From contig CAWFGE010000015.1 in the NCBI GenBank assembly GCA_963815195.1, positions 64,001 through 128,000 of the forward strand: a stretch of DNA of 64,000 bases, in the 5' to 3' direction. This DNA comes from an uncultured Planctomycetaceae bacterium (GTDB lineage Bacteria > Planctomycetota > Planctomycetia > Planctomycetales > Planctomycetaceae). Made by a program: the position numbers and the translations under genes. Every line of letters starts with the position of its first letter. Position 1 is the first letter of the stretch. Positions 62,195 to 64,000 of this stretch are shown one piece after another. The notes under the pieces were generated by a model. That model had not been told where the DNA came from. It saw only the letters and a list, made by a program, of their open reading frames with translations, and did no database searches.

Positions 62195-63332
62195 GTTTCC
62201 TTAATCCGGGAAGGGTGAAATAAAATGTCGCTCCCTGGTTGACAGTCCCTTCAGCCCAAATCTCACCGCCGTGCCGGTGAATGATGCGGTGGACCGTGGC
62301 CAGTCCGATTCCCGTGCCGGCGAATTCCTGCTCCGAGTGCAACCGTTGAAACGCCCCAAACAACTTATGGCGGTATTTCGGGTCGAAACCCACGCCGTTG
62401 TCCCGGACAAAGAATAACGAACGGCCGTTTTGCCTTTCAAGTCCCAGGACGACCGCGGCTGCGGAGCGGCGGCTCGTGAACTTCCAGGCGTTTCCCAGCA
62501 GGTTTTCCAAAGCGACTTGCAGGAGGTCCGGATCCCCCTGGGCTTTGAGTCCCGGTTCGACATCAAAGGCAATCTTCCGGTCGGGCGTTTCGCGTTGCAG
62601 GTCTTCGGCAATGGCATGTGCGAGCGCCGAAAGATCGACCGATTCGCGGGACATCTCCGTCCGGCTGAGACGCGAGAGCTTGAGCAAATCGTCGATGAGC
62701 CGGCCCATGCGTTGGACCCCCGCGCGAATCCGCCGCAGGTAATGCAGGCCCTGTTCATCCAGCCGGTCTGCATAACTTTCCATGAGTTCCTGACTGAACC
62801 CGTCCACGGCCCGCAGCGGGGCACGAAGATCGTGCGAGACGGAATAGCAGAACGCCTCCAATTCCCGGTTCGCCGCCTGCAACCGCTCGTTGGCCGCCTT
62901 CAGTTCAAGGGTTCGCCCGGCGACTTGGCTTTCCAATTCCGCGTGCGATCGTTGGAGCCATTTGTGGTGCTGCCGGTGCTCGGTGTCGTCTTCGATGGCC
63001 AATAAAACCGCAGGCGTCCGATCAGGCGTGTCTGACAAGTAGCGTGCATTGAGCAACATGATTCGCCGGCCCAAGTGCGGGGACTCGTACGCGACTTCCA
63101 AGTCCTCAAAAGATTGACTTTCCTCGATGAGTTTGTCCATCGAGCCGCGGAGTCGGGGGAGATTCCACTTGCCCTCATCCAACTCAAACAGATTCCGGCC
63201 AATAGCGCATTCCGGAGCGATCCGGAAGACGCGGTAATACGGAGAGTTCGCGGAAACCACTTCCAGTTCCGGCGTTAAGACCAAAAGTGGATGACGGACC
63301 GTCTCCACGATGCTTCTGGCAAAATTGAGCAC
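62145..63332 (-). CDS. PAS sensor histidine kinase (phytochrome-type HisKA); 3' end overlaps the regulator
   Basis: ELEAFCYSVSHDLRAPLR, NLLGNAWKF, DNGVGFD, LFGAFQRLH, GTGIGLA. Confidence 0.92.
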   Translation of the reverse strand: MLNFARSIVETVRHPLLVLTPELEVVSANSPYYRVFRIAPECAIGRNLFELDEGKWNLPRLRGSMDKLIEESQSFEDLEVAYESPHLGRRIMLLNARYLSDTPDRTPAVLLAIEDDTEHRQHHKWLQRSHAELESQVAGRTLELKAANERLQAANRELEAFCYSVSHDLRAPLRAVDGFSQELMESYADRLDEQGLHYLRRIRAGVQRMGRLIDDLLKLSRLSRTEMSRESVDLSALAHAIAEDLQRETPDRKIAFDVEPGLKAQGDPDLLQVALENLLGNAWKFTSRRSAAAVVLGLERQNGRSLFFVRDNGVGFDPKYRHKLFGAFQRLHSEQEFAGTGIGLATVHRIIHRHGGEIWAEGTVNQGATFYFTLPGLRKHGEAASHLIGGGQSRR

Positions 63333-63715
63333 TCCCTTGCCTCCTTACTGGCGCGAATGCCGTTTCGATGCAGCGTGCAAATCCGCAACGAATTCCGTGA
63401 TGATCGGGAAATACCGTTAAGTTTGTCCACTTCCTGCCACCATTCGGGAGAATTAGCCGAGTCGGGTGTTAGCAAAAATGCTCTCGACCAAAAAACGCGT
63501 TCTCACGAATCCTTTGTGTCCCGGAGGTTGGGCAGGTTCGCCACTCACGAGAGTTATTATCAGAAATATCCAACAACCCTCGCGAATTCTTTTAATGACA
63601 TCCCAGAAAAACACATAATCTCCAGTAAAAGTCCCGATATACAGTAATGCAGGTTTTTTGTAAAGAGACCCCCCGTTGCCGAATCGGGCGCATTATGGCT
63701 GACCACGTTATTGCC

Positions 63716-64000
63716 TTATTTGTGTCTCAATCCGGCACAAAACCGCAGTTGGCAAACCGGCTGGAATCTCGCGGCCTGAAGGTACTTGCCGCGGAGTCTT
63801 CGGAGCAACTCCACCAGTTCGTCAATACGCAGCGGATTGATGCCGTCGTCGTCGAACAACATTTGGGCGGTTTCTTGACGGGTCTGGAGATTCTCCAGCG
63901 CCTCCGCGAGCAACTCCTCCGCCCTCTCTTGGTGGTCATCGGCGAATTGACGGAATCTGAAAAGGTTCTGGCGTCCGAGTTGCGGATCGACTATGTCTGT
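63716..64000 (-). CDS. C-terminal part of a hypothetical protein entering from beyond the window
   Basis: Open frame from the window edge (...DPQLGRQNLFRFRQFADDHQERAEELLAEALE...) to TAA at 63716. Confidence 0.45.
   Translation of the reverse strand, partial: TDIVDPQLGRQNLFRFRQFADDHQERAEELLAEALENLQTRQETAQMLFDDDGINPLRIDELVELLRRLRGKYLQAARFQPVCQLRFCAGLRHK

Larger units (their letters stand above)
56599..64000. mobile_element. Genomic island / integrative element starting at the att fragment and running past the window end
   Basis: att core, Replic_Relax gene, IS66-like fragment, visibly more AT-rich stretches and accessory signalling cargo. Confidence 0.6.

Overview
High-GC bacterial chromosomal DNA, very probably from a Planctomycetota (Planctomycetaceae-like) genome, judged from the DUF1549/DUF1553 cytochrome protein, the PVC-type heme protein and a giant secreted protein with a LEERTLLS motif. 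Positions 1-55,036 are mostly housekeeping and lineage-typical genes: rfbA, a K+ channel, a TrmH-family methylase, truA, ilvD, hemA, ccsA, an RND pump, serine acetyltransferase, holB, ruvA and a ROK kinase. Several families of short palindromic REP/MITE-like repeats sit between them. At least eight single-base frameshifts, mostly in short homopolymers, interrupt otherwise intact genes and look like long-read errors. From about 55,160 there is a layered mobile-DNA junction. It contains a long GTAG-type REP hairpin with a 5' group II intron fragment inserted at its last base (EBS1 TAGGG matches IBS1 CCCTA), a nonsense-inactivated integrase-like gene, arm-like repeats, a terminator and a tRNA-Ala 3' att fragment. 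An island follows, carrying a Replic_Relax gene and a two-component cluster with a LOV-domain hybrid kinase. Other notable items are a non-canonical tRNA(CAU) overlapping a CDS stop, a carbamoylase-like protein lacking its catalytic Cys and carrying four helical YxY repeats plus a Zn ribbon, a PlsC/permuted-NlpC-P60 fusion, a lipoyl domain without its Lys, and a secreted Gly/Cys/Tyr tandem-repeat protein. All family assignments come from motif recognition by eye; no database searches were run.
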